From IMG/VR virus record IMGVR_UViG_3300001518_000034: a stretch of DNA of 64,000 bases; one strand, given 5' to 3'. Positions 39,793 through 52,275 of this stretch are shown piece after piece (the first letter of the stretch is position 1; each line of letters starts with the position of its first letter). The position numbers were made by a program, and so were the translations under genes. The notes under the pieces were generated by a model, which saw only the letters and a list, made by a program, of their open reading frames with translations, was not told where the DNA came from and did not search any database. The DNA comes from an uncultured virus (IMG/VR IMGVR_UViG_3300001518_000034). Taxonomy: Duplodnaviria > Heunggongvirae > Uroviricota > Caudoviricetes.

Positions 39793-42205
39793 TTAAACAT
39801 TTTTTATTGCATCAAACCAATATGAATTAGAATATTTTTTACAATACTTATTATCATCTTCATCTGAAATATGATATAATTTCTTTAATGCTTCTGTTGG
39901 TAACATAGATTCACAATATAAAAATTTAAACGATTGTATACCTTGATTAATTAAAGGTTGTGTCATTTCATAAAACCAATCACGTACATAATCCTTATTT
40001 TTTATTTGATTATCATGTAATAGTTGATTATATTTATAAATTAACCAATTTGCTTCTTTATGTAATTCTTCTTGTCCTTTAGTCCATTTAGATTTTGATA
40101 ATAATGAAGTATATTCTGAATGATGTTCACAATATTTTTTAAATTTATTGTTTATAATCTCCATTTGTTCTTCAGATAATCCAAATCGATCTGCTAACTC
40201 TTTAAGATAATTCATATTATTCAACATTTACAAATTTAACGTCAACACTTTTCCCTGAATATATATACCCATTTTTATCCATCGATACATATTTTCCACT
40301 AACCATTTTAATCATATCCTTTTTCCATATCTTATAACCATATTTTTTGGCATCTTTTACATAAAGATTATAATTTTCTTTATATTCATCTTTAATCAAG
40401 AATCTTTCAATATATGGTTCTGGTTGACTATTTCCAAGTAATTTGGTAATAATTGATATTTCATCATTATTACAAAATCTAATTGCTAATTTACATAAAT
40501 CATTTACTGGTATATCTATTGATTCAAGATTACCATTAATATCAACATAATAAATTTTGATATATCTTGTATACATTGATTGTACATATCCTATTTTTGA
40601 CACAAACATCAATATAGTTTTTCTACTATCAACATTTTTGGATAATTCATCATTCCAAGATGTTGTATTTATTTTATAAGTTGAAAGTTGTACCCAAACA
40701 CCAGTACTATGTTTAAATATTCTATTAACATATTCTTCAACAAATGAAATATACATAGCAGATGGTGAAGCCGAAACTTTCCATGGATAATTAGGATTAC
40801 CTTCTTTAGTTGGCACCCAATTTTGAAGATTTTCTATTTTTGAAATAATCTTCTCACATCCAGGTATATCAATTAAATGAATAAATCCATTCTTATCTGT
40901 ATATTTTTCTAAACTTTTTTTATTAAATAAATTATTCATAATATTTCCACTCATTTGTTATCTACTTTATAAATATGGAACGCATATCTATTAGACTTTT
41001 GAACTGTCCCAATATATTTATGATTAAAATTTACAATATCATCCATATTAGCTCCTGTACCATATACAAGAAAACGTACTCTTTCAGTATGATAAGGGCG
41101 AAAATTTTCATCAACTTCTACTTCACACCAAATAGAAATTTTTTCAAACCCAAGATTATCTGTAGCAATACCAACATTCAAAATCTTGTAACCTATTGGT
41201 AATTCACGATCATTAATTGCATTTGTCAATTCGTATCTAAGAATAGTAAGCATAATATTTTATTTAATTAGTTTCATTAAAATCTTTTAAATGTTCTTGA
41301 CAGTTTTCTATAAAGTTTTCACCTAATTCAATAGACTTCTTTATTGAATCTATACGTTCACATAATGAATAATATTTAGATTCATATGATTTTCTCAATA
41401 GCTCGGCTTCTTTAATAAGTTTATCAACTTCCTTATGACATTTTTCTAATCGTATCTTTTCATTTTCTATAGATGATTCTGTCTTATTCTTATCTAAATC
41501 TTGTATATTCCACTTTCCCATATTACTTATATTTTACAAATGTTCTATTAAAATTAGGATAATATTCTTCATAAAATATTCCTATTAAATGTTTATTTGT
41601 ATTTATTGCTTTATTAACAATATTACATTTATCATCATAATATTTTACATTAAAAGAATAATCATATTTTCCTGTTCTATCAAAATCTACATTTATATAA
41701 TGTCTACGATGTTTAATTTTACCGGAATGTTTATGACGTCCACCATAAACATTATATTCAACATATCTAGGTTTATGATATTTTTTTAATATTGAATCAG
41801 TTAATGAATATTCCCAAACATATAGATAATTTGCATCTTCATGATCAATACAGTCATTTTTACATGAAGTACAAATTAACAAACTAATTAAAATAATAAA
41901 TAAATGTTTCATATTAAATAAAATTTTTGTTTTACTCATTTCTTTGTATATCTTTTTAATTCATCTATATTATTAAATTTTTTTCCTTTATTTGTTGAAG
42001 CACTAATTACTAATTTAGAATTTTTAGATACTTCTATATATAATTTTTCAGGTTCTTTACGAGTATCTCTAAACATTATTAAAAATGTATAAATAAATGT
42101 CGAATCATTTATCTTAACAGTAAATCCAAATACATAATTACTTTCTAAATAATCATGTAATTCACCAAATGTTATTTTTCCAAATTTATTTATACGTTGT
42201 CTCAT
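39793..42205 (-). other. Operon of hypothetical ORFs (39793-40227, 40217-40954, 40951-41253, 41264-41521, 41523-41939 lipoprotein-like, 41936-42205)
   Basis: Overlapping or abutting ORFs; 41523-41939 has a signal peptide with CTSC lipobox. Confidence 0.65.
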
Positions 42206-42222
42206 TTATTAATCATATTAAA

Positions 42223-42258
42223 ACATAATTAATATAGAAATAAATATTAAAAATTCAA
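42223..42258 (-). promoter_or_regulatory. Phage promoter TTGAA-N16-CTATATT-N4-ATGT
   Basis: Exact motif on the minus strand, just after the terminator hairpin at ~42275-42303. Confidence 0.7.
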
Positions 42259-42315
42259 TTTTATATAAATAAAAAAAAGAGAAACTCCTAAGAATTTCTC
42301 TTTAATTATATTAAT

Positions 42316-43419
42316 TTATGCTAATTTAAATACTGGGCGAGTATTACATTTAACAATATTTCCTTTTTTATTTATAATAAATGGATCTTTTCCTTCCTGA
42401 ACCTCAAATTCTTTAATTTCAATCTTAATTCGATCACCTGGTTTATAATTAAATATATCCATAGAATCTGTAGGCATAAGACCTGTAATATATTTTCCTT
42501 CTATTTCAACGAATGCACCAGTTTTCTTTGATGAATTTATAATACCTGTTACTATACCATCATAAACTGTATGTTCAATATTAACATTATTTCCACTTTC
42601 TGCCAATTTCATCTTCATTTGTAAATCATTGTACATTTCATACAAATTCTTATTACCAATGTTTTGAAGTACCAATTTACGTGAACCTACCAATGATTTT
42701 TCAATTAACTTATTGTTACCATATCCAATAGTTTTGAAATCTACAAACTTTTGAGGAATCATATCAACATCTTTTCCAATCCATTTTTCAAAATCATGTT
42801 CAATATTAAGAACAATATGTGAACCTGGAATAAATACTGAATGAGTATAATTTCGTCCCGTTAATATATTAAGTTCATCAATATTAGTATGACAAATATA
42901 TCCACCTTTTACTAATTCATCAATATGAACATTAATTGGTTGTGACTTTTCAATCATTTTCATTATTCGATTAGCCCATAACTTATAATAACCATGAATA
43001 ACACTAACAATATATTTGTTATTTTTCTTTTCACGAACTTCAAATACCATCTTATTATCATGTGTAACAAGATAATTATTTATTGCATCTGCACATGATG
43101 TAAAGTTTTCATTGCAATAAAGTTCTTCTTTAACTCCTGGGATTGTAAATGATATTGATGTTTTATTAAATTTCTCTACTTCACCATTATAAATATGTCC
43201 TAATTCTATATTTACAACATTATTAACAACTGGTGAATTTTTAACTTCATTACTAAGATCTTGTCCATAATATACTGACATTGCTTTTGCTAAACTCATG
43301 TTCGCATATGCCTTCTTTATATATTTAATTCTTTCTATATCTGACATTGAATTAAAAATATTTCCTTCAATATCTTCATACTTTAGTAATTTAGTTGGTA
43401 TATTTTTCTTATTTTTCAT
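42316..43419 (-). CDS. S1 RNA-binding-domain protein (ribosomal protein bS1-like, about three OB folds)
   Basis: LGHIYNGEV, IDELVKGGYIC..VFIPGSHI, LVGSRK and YDGIVTGI..GAFVEIEG..TGLMP..YKPGDRIKIEI. Confidence 0.75.
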   Translation of the reverse strand: MKNKKNIPTKLLKYEDIEGNIFNSMSDIERIKYIKKAYANMSLAKAMSVYYGQDLSNEVKNSPVVNNVVNIELGHIYNGEVEKFNKTSISFTIPGVKEELYCNENFTSCADAINNYLVTHDNKMVFEVREKKNNKYIVSVIHGYYKLWANRIMKMIEKSQPINVHIDELVKGGYICHTNIDELNILTGRNYTHSVFIPGSHIVLNIEHDFEKWIGKDVDMIPQKFVDFKTIGYGNNKLIEKSLVGSRKLVLQNIGNKNLYEMYNDLQMKMKLAESGNNVNIEHTVYDGIVTGIINSSKKTGAFVEIEGKYITGLMPTDSMDIFNYKPGDRIKIEIKEFEVQEGKDPFIINKKGNIVKCNTRPVFKLA

Positions 43420-43507
43420 GTATTTTTATGTTTTTAAAAGTTAATAAAAAATGTTAATTAATCTCTTTATATGTTAATATAATTTAATATAGTATCTAAA
43501 AATTTTA

Positions 43508-46203
43508 TTATTCAATTTTTAATTTAATAAATTTATTAATATCTACATGTTTTATTCCGCAATATGACATAATAGCTTTAAATGCTTTAATTGCATCATA
43601 ATCTTCCATTTTTTCAGGTGATCTTAATTTTCTATTAAAATCCATAATATCATAAATAATATCATTTAATGAATTATTATAATATTTCTCCGCAAATGTT
43701 TTAGATATTTGATTTATATTTATTAATTTCATCCATTCTATCTCGTATTTTTAAATTAAAGTATTCATTAAAATTCATATCATTTACATAACATAACGCA
43801 AATAATAAAATCAACTCTTTAAAAGCATTTGATTCTGTAAAATTAAATGATATTCCTTTCATTCTACCAGTATTTTCATCATATGTTAATACTTCTGATA
43901 AATATGTATCTCCAAGTCTTTCATATATTTTATCACTAATTATTTTTTTTTCATGTTCAGTTAATTCTTCTTTAGGTTTATTTTCTAAAAAATCTAATCT
44001 AATTAGTTCATTATATGAAGCCAATTGTAATTCATTTAAATCAACATATTTCATAATTTAATTTGCTTTTACTAATTTATCTGCTTCATCGGCTTTTTTT
44101 GGATTACCTAATCTATCTAAAGCTTTTGTACAAATACCTTCATCATTCCATTCATAATCTAATAATTTTTCATTCCATTTAACTTTACCTTTAATTATGT
44201 TTGGAACTTTATCATAATCTATTTTTGTTATAATAACTTGACGTCCATCTTTAGTCATTACGGGATTTTCATCATTAATCCATTGTTCATCAATATCATC
44301 TCCTTTTTGTTCAAATAATGACTGTTTTTCTAATTCTTCATCTAATATAAAATCAACTATAGATCTCATATATTATATATAAATTGTATTTTTTAAAAAT
44401 AATTATCTACAACTTTATTAAAGGTTTATAATCAGCTTTTTCTTCTTTAATCCAAACTTTACCAATAATTCCACCTTTATTAATTATACGTAAAATTTCT
44501 TTCTTAAATGCTTCTTCATCATCAAATTCCTCAACAAAATTAAAACATCCAATTTTCCAAGGAGTTTCGGTCATAGCCCAAAATGAACCATCTCTAAAAT
44601 ATTCTTTAGGATAACCTTCACGATCCATTTCTTTCCACCATGTCTCAATACAATAAATTTTCTTCATATTTATTTTATTATTTGTTATGTATTCCTGATA
44701 TCCTTTTTCAAAATTCTCAAGTTCTTCTTTTGGAACATATCTATTATACATATATTCCCAATTTCTGTGATTTTTATATACTTTCACATAATCCCATCTA
44801 TATCTATCTTCTTTACCTTGATATGTTATTTCAAACATCATAGGAGCCCAATCTTTCATAGCAAGTAAATAATTTAAGCTATCCCAATTACTAAAAGCTT
44901 CACATCTATATGATGGACGTAATTCTTCAATATAATGTGCACAATTACGTAATTCATTTGGAGTTATTTCAAATATATCTTTATCAGATTTATTTGCCAT
45001 AAATAATAACACACTATCAGGAGTTATTTCAATAATACACATATTTATATAATTATATTTTTTCTATTCTTAATGGATAAGGTGTGTTAATACTCAACAT
45101 GTTACATATACCTTTTGCATCTTCTTTAGAATGAAATATAATTGCACTTTCTATATTAGATGTCCAAGACTTACATGGAAATATAGATCCATCTAATACA
45201 AACTCGCAAAGATATTTATCAGGTTCTATATCATTCCATGATTTAGCACCTACCTTTTCTTCTATTTTTAAAATAACATATTTATTCATAATCTTCCCAA
45301 TATTCATTGAATTGAATTGTATAAAACTGAATTTGTTTAATTATATATTCTTTAGTTCTCATGATTATTTATTTTATTTTTTCATAATCATTATCTTCAA
45401 AATATTGTTTTACTTCATTTATTGTCATTATTAATTATTTAATGTATACTTCAAATATTCTCCTTTATTTAATCCATCTAAAAACCACCTAAAATCTTCC
45501 AAATCAGACCATTGTCCAGATGCTGAACAAAATTTACCATTTTTTTCTAAATGTGGTTCATCAAAATGTAAACAATATCTACCGTCTAAATTTCTTACAA
45601 TATAAATGGTTTGCGGTCTATCTAAATTTATTTCCATAATTATTACCAACCATTTTTCTTTTTTATTGTTTCCCAAACATTATCGTACTTTTCCTTTTCT
45701 GTCATTTTCTTTAATGCTTTAGTAAAATCAACTTCCCATCCCTTTGATCGTAAAAACTCCGTTATTTTTACATTCTTCCACATTTCCATATCAAAAAATG
45801 GATAATTTTTTGTTGTATATGACATAATATTTATTTATATATTTAATCACCCCCACTTTAACATTAATATATATTGTCTATATGGATTTTTTTCTAATTC
45901 TTCTATTGATGGATTATATTTTTTTTCATTAATTAAACCTGGTTCATATAATTCAACATCATAATATAAATCTTTAAAATATTTTATTATATATTCTTTG
46001 TTAGGACTATTATATCTAAATGTTATAAATATTCCTATTGAATATATACCATTTGATGCTGCATTTATGCATTGTTGATATATATCATCTAATTGTTTTT
46101 TAGATGTTTTAATATACTTTTCATAATCTGATAAATTATTAAATTCATCTGCAATTAATTTAAGATTGTAAGCTCTTTTAAATTTATCATTATCCATAAT
46201 CAT
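43508..46203 (-). other. Cluster of hypothetical ORFs (43508-43732, 43701-44054, 44058-44369, 44407-45042, 45053-45307, 45431-45637, 45643-45825, 45847-46203)
   Basis: Co-directional packed ORFs. Confidence 0.6.
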
Positions 46204-46724
46204 AATACTTTATTTTTGTAAAGACCTTCCTGTACAAACCATTCATCAATATATTTCCAATCACAAACTTTACACTTTTCACCAAATTTGTTTTCAATTA
46301 TAACATATTTCATTCCAACACTATGATCATCTATAAAATAATCAGCATATACTTTTCTGGAATTATCTTCAGTATAATTTTCCCATAAATAATTATCATT
46401 TATTGCATATAATGATATTCCATGATTTGTAAATACTTCAATAGCTGGTGTCAATATATCAACTGTTCCCATATCCATACCATGTTTCTCTATAGAATAA
46501 TTATAAAGTGCTTCACAAGATATTGGATAATTTGTACTTCGTTGTGTAAATAAAATTAATTTATGTCCATTGTTTTGTAATTCTTTTAATACTTTAATAG
46601 AATCTTCAATAACTGGCCCAATATAAGGCCATTCATCAAGACATACACTATTATCAAAATCTATACAAATAACTTTTTTACCATTTAATTTATTATAATA
46701 TCTATCAGCCCAATACACCTTCAT
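46200..46724 (-). CDS. HAD-superfamily phosphatase, BT0820-like
   Basis: ICIDFDNSVC (DxD), WPYIG, LILFTQR and RKVYADYFIDD. Confidence 0.8.
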   Translation of the reverse strand: MKVYWADRYYNKLNGKKVICIDFDNSVCLDEWPYIGPVIEDSIKVLKELQNNGHKLILFTQRSTNYPISCEALYNYSIEKHGMDMGTVDILTPAIEVFTNHGISLYAINDNYLWENYTEDNSRKVYADYFIDDHSVGMKYVIIENKFGEKCKVCDWKYIDEWFVQEGLYKNKVL

Positions 46725-49192
46725 AATTTATTAATGATTTAATTTTATTATCAACTATTTCTGAAAAATGAAAATCATCTATACCATATATACTAAATAT
46801 ATATCTCCAAATTTTTTCCATATTAAGAATTATTTCGTCATTATAATTATCTTCAATAAATGATTTACTAAATCTATATCTTAATTTTGATATATCTTCA
46901 TCCGATAATGTATCAAGTAATATATCAATTAATTTATATGGATTTACATATCGTTGCCAAGCATTTATTAAATTAAGTAAATTAATTTCTAAATCATTTT
47001 CTAATTTTTGTAAATTTTCTTTTGTCTTTAATTTAAAAACATATTCAGATGATATATATTTTATTACTTCTTCACAACATACCAAAAAATCATAATGAAA
47101 CTTATCTAACTTTTCTGATAATTGTTTTTGTAATTCTTCTTGTTGTATTTTACTCAAATGATTAATTTTAGCATCTTGCCACATTTGTTTATAACTTTCA
47201 ACTATATTATAAGATGTCCAAAGTTTATCATTAATCTTATCCCAATCTGTTTGATGTGGAAAATTAACTTTTATAGGTCTTTCCATATTTATATTATTAC
47301 TTTATCTTTTATATCTTCATACCATATATAATTCGCTTGAGCTGCACCTATAGGATCAACAATATAATCACCTGGATAAAAATATTCATGAATTTTATCC
47401 AATAGTTTTCCTTCTTCTTTAGTCAATTTAGGAGATACCCAACAACCCATATAATCCTCTTTATCATCTTTAGAATTATATTCAACAAAACCATTTTGGG
47501 CCTTTTGTTATATTGATTTCCATAATATAGATTCTTCTGCTGATAATTTATATATTGTTGATTTGTTAACTGATTGATCTAACCAATTAGAAAATTTCTT
47601 ATTAGTGTTATCTAATAAAACTATTATACTAAAAACTATAATAAAAAACCCATGTACAACTATAGTTTCAAAGTCAAATATTCCTATTAAAATACATGAT
47701 AAGAAAAACCAAAGACACCAATATAACCAAAATATTTTATCTCTATTATTTCTTATTAATTTCATTTTTATTTAACAAATGTTTTTGTCATTTTTCCATT
47801 TTCGTCAATTGTTATATTAACATCAGGTTCTCCATTTTGACCAGGAATAAATGCACCAGTTACTTTAGGACAAATATAAGCTTTAGGAGAATATTCTTTT
47901 CCTTGTTTTACAGCTTCAACCATATCAATAAAAGCACAAGTTTCTAAAAATCCTCCAATAGCTTCACCTCTATTTATTGCATCATATAATTCTCCAAATT
48001 CTTCTCCATATGCTGCAATACATTTATCTCGTAAAGAATCTTTCTTTTTAAATAATTTTTTAAACCAATTCATAATTATTTTTCTAATATAAATGTCCAA
48101 TCACTACCATTTTTAGATTTGGCAAATTTCCAATCTTTAATGGTCCAACCCTCATTAAGAAATTTATCTAACACCGGACTTTCGTACCAACATGAATCAT
48201 AAAATGTTTTTGGTTCTTTATTTGGGTCTAATAAAATTTTTTCCCAAGCACATCCATCAATATTTATTACTTTAATCATAATCTAAATTTACTTCCAAAA
48301 ACTTGCATTAATGTATTAAATTCCCATACTGTACTAATATCTGCACAACCAATAGTTTCACAACTGCTATTATCTATATGAAGATGCCAAGATGTTCCTC
48401 TATTGTTTTGACCATTATCTATATCTAATTTAATAGGATTTTTATCATTTATAGTCCATTTTCTATATACACTATAATCTTTTGAACCATATTCAAAATT
48501 TAATTTATATGCTTCTCTTCCTAAATTAGATTCATTTTCAAGAAATACAAATCCAGCTTCTTTAAGAATATCATCAGTTATATAACGATGTTTATCCATT
48601 TCCGAAATTTCAGAATTCATATATTCTAGAAAAGCCATTTCATTATCAAATTGTTCATTAACTTTTCGATAATCTCCTGTGGTAGCTAAACAAATAATAA
48701 AACAATCATCATCAAGATCTATTATATTATCATATAATACTAATCCTTTAATTAAATCATATACATCTGGAAATAATTCTTTAATATATGATTTAATATT
48801 TAAATGATATATACTATTATAAGGATTTTTAAAAAATTTTTCTGCATATTCTTGATTATCTAAATATGTCTCACATATTTTTTTCCAAATTTTTTCTTCA
48901 TATCTAACTCTTATAGTAGATATTAATTCCTCTGGATTATCTAATGTTGTCTTAAATATATTAAAATATTGACTATACTTCATAATTATTTTATTTTAAC
49001 TCCACCATTTATTGGCACTTCAAAAGTAAAATATTCAATATTAAATTTCTTAATATGATTAGGAGCATCACATTCAAAACTTACTGATTTAATAATCTGA
49101 TCACAATCTGGTAATTCTCTTATTATATTAATAAATTTAATAACATCATCAATTGTTCTTATCGTATTTTCCATAATTTTATTTATAATCAT
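46705..49192 (-). other. Cluster of hypothetical ORFs (46705-47286, 47508-47765 membrane, 47768-48073, 48076-48279, 48276-48983, 48986-49192)
   Basis: Co-directional packed ORFs. Confidence 0.6.
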
Positions 49193-49754
49193 TTTTTATG
49201 TAATCAAAAAAATTCGAAATAACATAATTTGAAAAGTTAATCATTTTTCTACTTCTTTTATTAAATAAAATAGTATTTTTAGATGGTATAATATTACGAT
49301 ATAAATTTTCTCTTAAATAAATGTCTATTATTTGTTTTAAATCAGGAAAATTTTTTGCAATATCAATTAAATCAATTTCATTATCTGTTTTATATGGAGT
49401 ACTTATAAATAAAATTTTATCTTTCCAATTAGTATTATTCTTTAAAAAACTTACTAATCTTTGCGTACGATTTATCCATCTTTCCTTTATAATATCTTCT
49501 GAATCATAATGAATAAACCAAATTTTAATTTGATTATCTAAAATAATATAATAATGTACTTCATTATTCAAAGGATATGCATCTTGATTAATTTTTATAT
49601 TAAACCAATTAAAATGCTCAAAATTTTGTAATAACAATTTCCAATCTTTTGCAAAAATTGTACAACCAATAAATGGATTATTATATTGATAATGTATATT
49701 TAATTCTTTATTTTGATAGCAAAAACCTCCTGAACATGAATTAGCTATTATCAT
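49179..49754 (-). CDS. DUF1919-like protein (family usually found in polysaccharide loci)
   Basis: IIANSCSGGFCY...NNPFIG...IWFIHY...WINRTQR. Confidence 0.7.
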   Translation of the reverse strand: MIIANSCSGGFCYQNKELNIHYQYNNPFIGCTIFAKDWKLLLQNFEHFNWFNIKINQDAYPLNNEVHYYIILDNQIKIWFIHYDSEDIIKERWINRTQRLVSFLKNNTNWKDKILFISTPYKTDNEIDLIDIAKNFPDLKQIIDIYLRENLYRNIIPSKNTILFNKRSRKMINFSNYVISNFFDYIKNDYK

Positions 49755-49760
49755 TTTTTG

Positions 49761-50564
49761 TTATTTTTTTGCTAATTTTTTCATTTCTTCTAATTTTTTA
49801 TCTCTTTCGGCTTTCTTTTGAGCTTCTTCATCTTTCCATTTTTTATCCCATATTTCTTTCCAATCTTTACCATATTCTTCTTCCATTATTTCTTCAAATT
49901 CATCCCCATAATAATCCTTTTCCCAAAATAATAATGGATTTCTTTCTTCTATTTCTATATCAACATCATAATGATCTTTCCACCATTTCTTCACTGTTTC
50001 TGCATTTCCTGAAGGAGAACATCTCATACAAACAGTATTTCTAAACTTTTGCTCATCAACATTAAACATATAAAAATTCTTACATGTTGAAATTGTGTCC
50101 ATTACAATTTTTGTAATAGCATTAGCAGCACCATTACATTGATCTTCGTTATCAACCCATTTATATATTTCTTTAAGAATTAATTCTTTTAATGGTGGTA
50201 CATCTTCATAACTGCGATATCCTGAATGATGATTACCATTTTCGTCAGTATAAGCTTCAATATACTTATCCTTTGTTCCTCCTTCAGATAAATATTTTTC
50301 AACAACTTCTACATCTTCATCCCATTCAGAATTAATTCTATATGCTTTCATATACTTATTAAGTATATATGTAAATTCTGCACATGACAAATAATGACGA
50401 TCATAAATTGGACCATCCTTTTCCTCATCAATTTTACCTGCTTTAACTTCTTCAATTATATTATCAAAATCTGCCGCTGGTTGTGCTTTTGCAAACATTT
50501 CACGAATACAATCTTCATAAGCTTTACATAATACGTCTTCTCGTTCTAAATATTCTTTACTCAT
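49761..50564 (-). CDS. Hypothetical protein
   Basis: 267-aa ORF. Confidence 0.7.
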   Translation of the reverse strand: MSKEYLEREDVLCKAYEDCIREMFAKAQPAADFDNIIEEVKAGKIDEEKDGPIYDRHYLSCAEFTYILNKYMKAYRINSEWDEDVEVVEKYLSEGGTKDKYIEAYTDENGNHHSGYRSYEDVPPLKELILKEIYKWVDNEDQCNGAANAITKIVMDTISTCKNFYMFNVDEQKFRNTVCMRCSPSGNAETVKKWWKDHYDVDIEIEERNPLLFWEKDYYGDEFEEIMEEEYGKDWKEIWDKKWKDEEAQKKAERDKKLEEMKKLAKK

Positions 50565-50638
50565 AACTATTTAATAATGTTTTTATTAAAATAGAATTAA
50601 TGTTCTTTGTTATTTTATTTAGATTGTGTTAATAAAAT

Positions 50639-51013
50639 TTAAATATTATCTTTTATATATTCTTGATATAATTCATATGAAAGTTCAGATAATATTTCTT
50701 TATCCTTTTCATCATTAGGATCAAATAAACATACTTCTAAAAATTCAATTCCATGTTTACCTGATGAATTGCTACAATAAATTTGTGAAATAGGAAAATG
50801 TATTCCTAATGTATTAACACACATAATATCGTTTCTTAAAGCATTACCACCATTATGCCATACTTCAAAATGACATTCCATAAATTCACAATGATCTGTT
50901 TGTTTTACTGCAACAACACATTGTTCTCTAAGATCTGGATTCAACCACAATGATCCTATAGAATTAATACTATCTTTATACCATATTGTTAATTTTTTCT
51001 TAATCATATACAA
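50639..51013 (-). CDS. Hypothetical protein
   Basis: 124-aa ORF. Confidence 0.6.
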   Translation of the reverse strand: MYMIKKKLTIWYKDSINSIGSLWLNPDLREQCVVAVKQTDHCEFMECHFEVWHNGGNALRNDIMCVNTLGIHFPISQIYCSNSSGKHGIEFLEVCLFDPNDEKDKEILSELSYELYQEYIKDNI

Positions 51014-51103
51014 AATAAGTAATTAAAAAATAAGATAATGCAAGCAAAGCCCAGATAATTAATATCTGAGCTATAGATTTTATATGTATTTTGTCAATAT
51101 TTA

Positions 51104-51454
51104 TCATAATACTTTCTTACAAAATGTTTCAACTCTTTCATCAAACTTAGACTTATAATTATCTACTACACATGATGAATCGGTTTTGAATTTATAATCA
51201 AGATAATTTTCGGCATATTGCATATCAATATAAGTATATTTTTTCCCATTAACTAAAATATATTCAGGAGTTCCATCTGGGTTAGCACAACTATATTTAC
51301 CTTTAAATATATCTGACCATTTTGTATGTTTATTTACATTAGTTGTCATCATAACAGGATATCCATTTGATGTATCAATAATAAATGTATTCTTTGGATT
51401 AACAACAGTAAATAATTGATGTTTATGATTAAATAAAATTTCTTCTCTTTTCAT
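51104..51454 (-). CDS. Hypothetical protein
   Basis: 116-aa ORF. Confidence 0.6.
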   Translation of the reverse strand: MKREEILFNHKHQLFTVVNPKNTFIIDTSNGYPVMMTTNVNKHTKWSDIFKGKYSCANPDGTPEYILVNGKKYTYIDMQYAENYLDYKFKTDSSCVVDNYKSKFDERVETFCKKVL

Positions 51455-51460
51455 AATTTT

Positions 51461-51643
51461 TTATTTTTTGAATATTAACTTGTCTACATTAAAAAATATT
51501 AATGAACCAATAAAATTTGCTAATATAGCACTATAGAAACTACCTATATCATCAATAGTTAAATATGTAATAATTGCTAATATTGGTGTACTTAATTGCC
51601 ATCTTAAAATATATAAAAGTAATTTATACATTAATTTTATCAA
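51461..51643 (-). CDS. Small membrane protein, GtrA-like
   Basis: YILRWQLSTPIL...SAILANFIGSLIFFNVDKLIF. Confidence 0.5.
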   Translation of the reverse strand: MIKLMYKLLLYILRWQLSTPILAIITYLTIDDIGSFYSAILANFIGSLIFFNVDKLIFKK

Positions 51644-51648
51644 ATATA

Positions 51649-52260
51649 TTAATTATGAATTATGCTTTTTACACATTCAGCAATAAGCTTTCCATCTGCT
51701 CTCTCAAATGCCTTCTTAACTTCACCAATAACTTTACCCATTAACTTTTGTTCGACGCCTGATGGATAATGCTCATTAAGATATTCCATTATGTCTTCTT
51801 TAGTTGCCTCCTTAGGTAAGAATTGTTCAATTATTTGTAATTCAAATGCTTCTTTACGAAGTATATCCTCATAACCAGGTTTATTATAGTTGACAAGATT
51901 TTCCTTATGTGATTTAACCATCTTTTCAAGCACAGTTCTCTGGAACTGCTCAGGAAGATTATCAATTTGATAGTCCATAGACTCATTAACTACAGTAACC
52001 TTAATAATCTTACCATCCTTCTCCGCATCTTCTTGACGAGTAGTAATAAGTTTTTCTGCCAACATTACTGGGAAAACTTCCTTATTCTTTGTAATTTCCT
52101 CCATAAAAGCACCTTTAAGAATCTTATAAAGTTCAAGAGTAGTATTTAACTCAAAATATTTCTGAGTATCTTCTTCGGTTACTTCACTATTTGACATAAA
52201 CTTTTTCTTAATAGGCATGTACTCCTTAGTTACTGCCTGAATCAATTCATTTATTTTCAT
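51649..52260 (-). CDS. GatB/YqeY domain protein
   Basis: LEKMVKSHKE..Y...EAFELQIIEQFLPK...KLMGKVIGEVK...ADGKLIAECVK. Confidence 0.8.
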   Translation of the reverse strand: MKINELIQAVTKEYMPIKKKFMSNSEVTEEDTQKYFELNTTLELYKILKGAFMEEITKNKEVFPVMLAEKLITTRQEDAEKDGKIIKVTVVNESMDYQIDNLPEQFQRTVLEKMVKSHKENLVNYNKPGYEDILRKEAFELQIIEQFLPKEATKEDIMEYLNEHYPSGVEQKLMGKVIGEVKKAFERADGKLIAECVKSIIHN

Positions 52261-52275
52261 ATTTAATATTTATAA

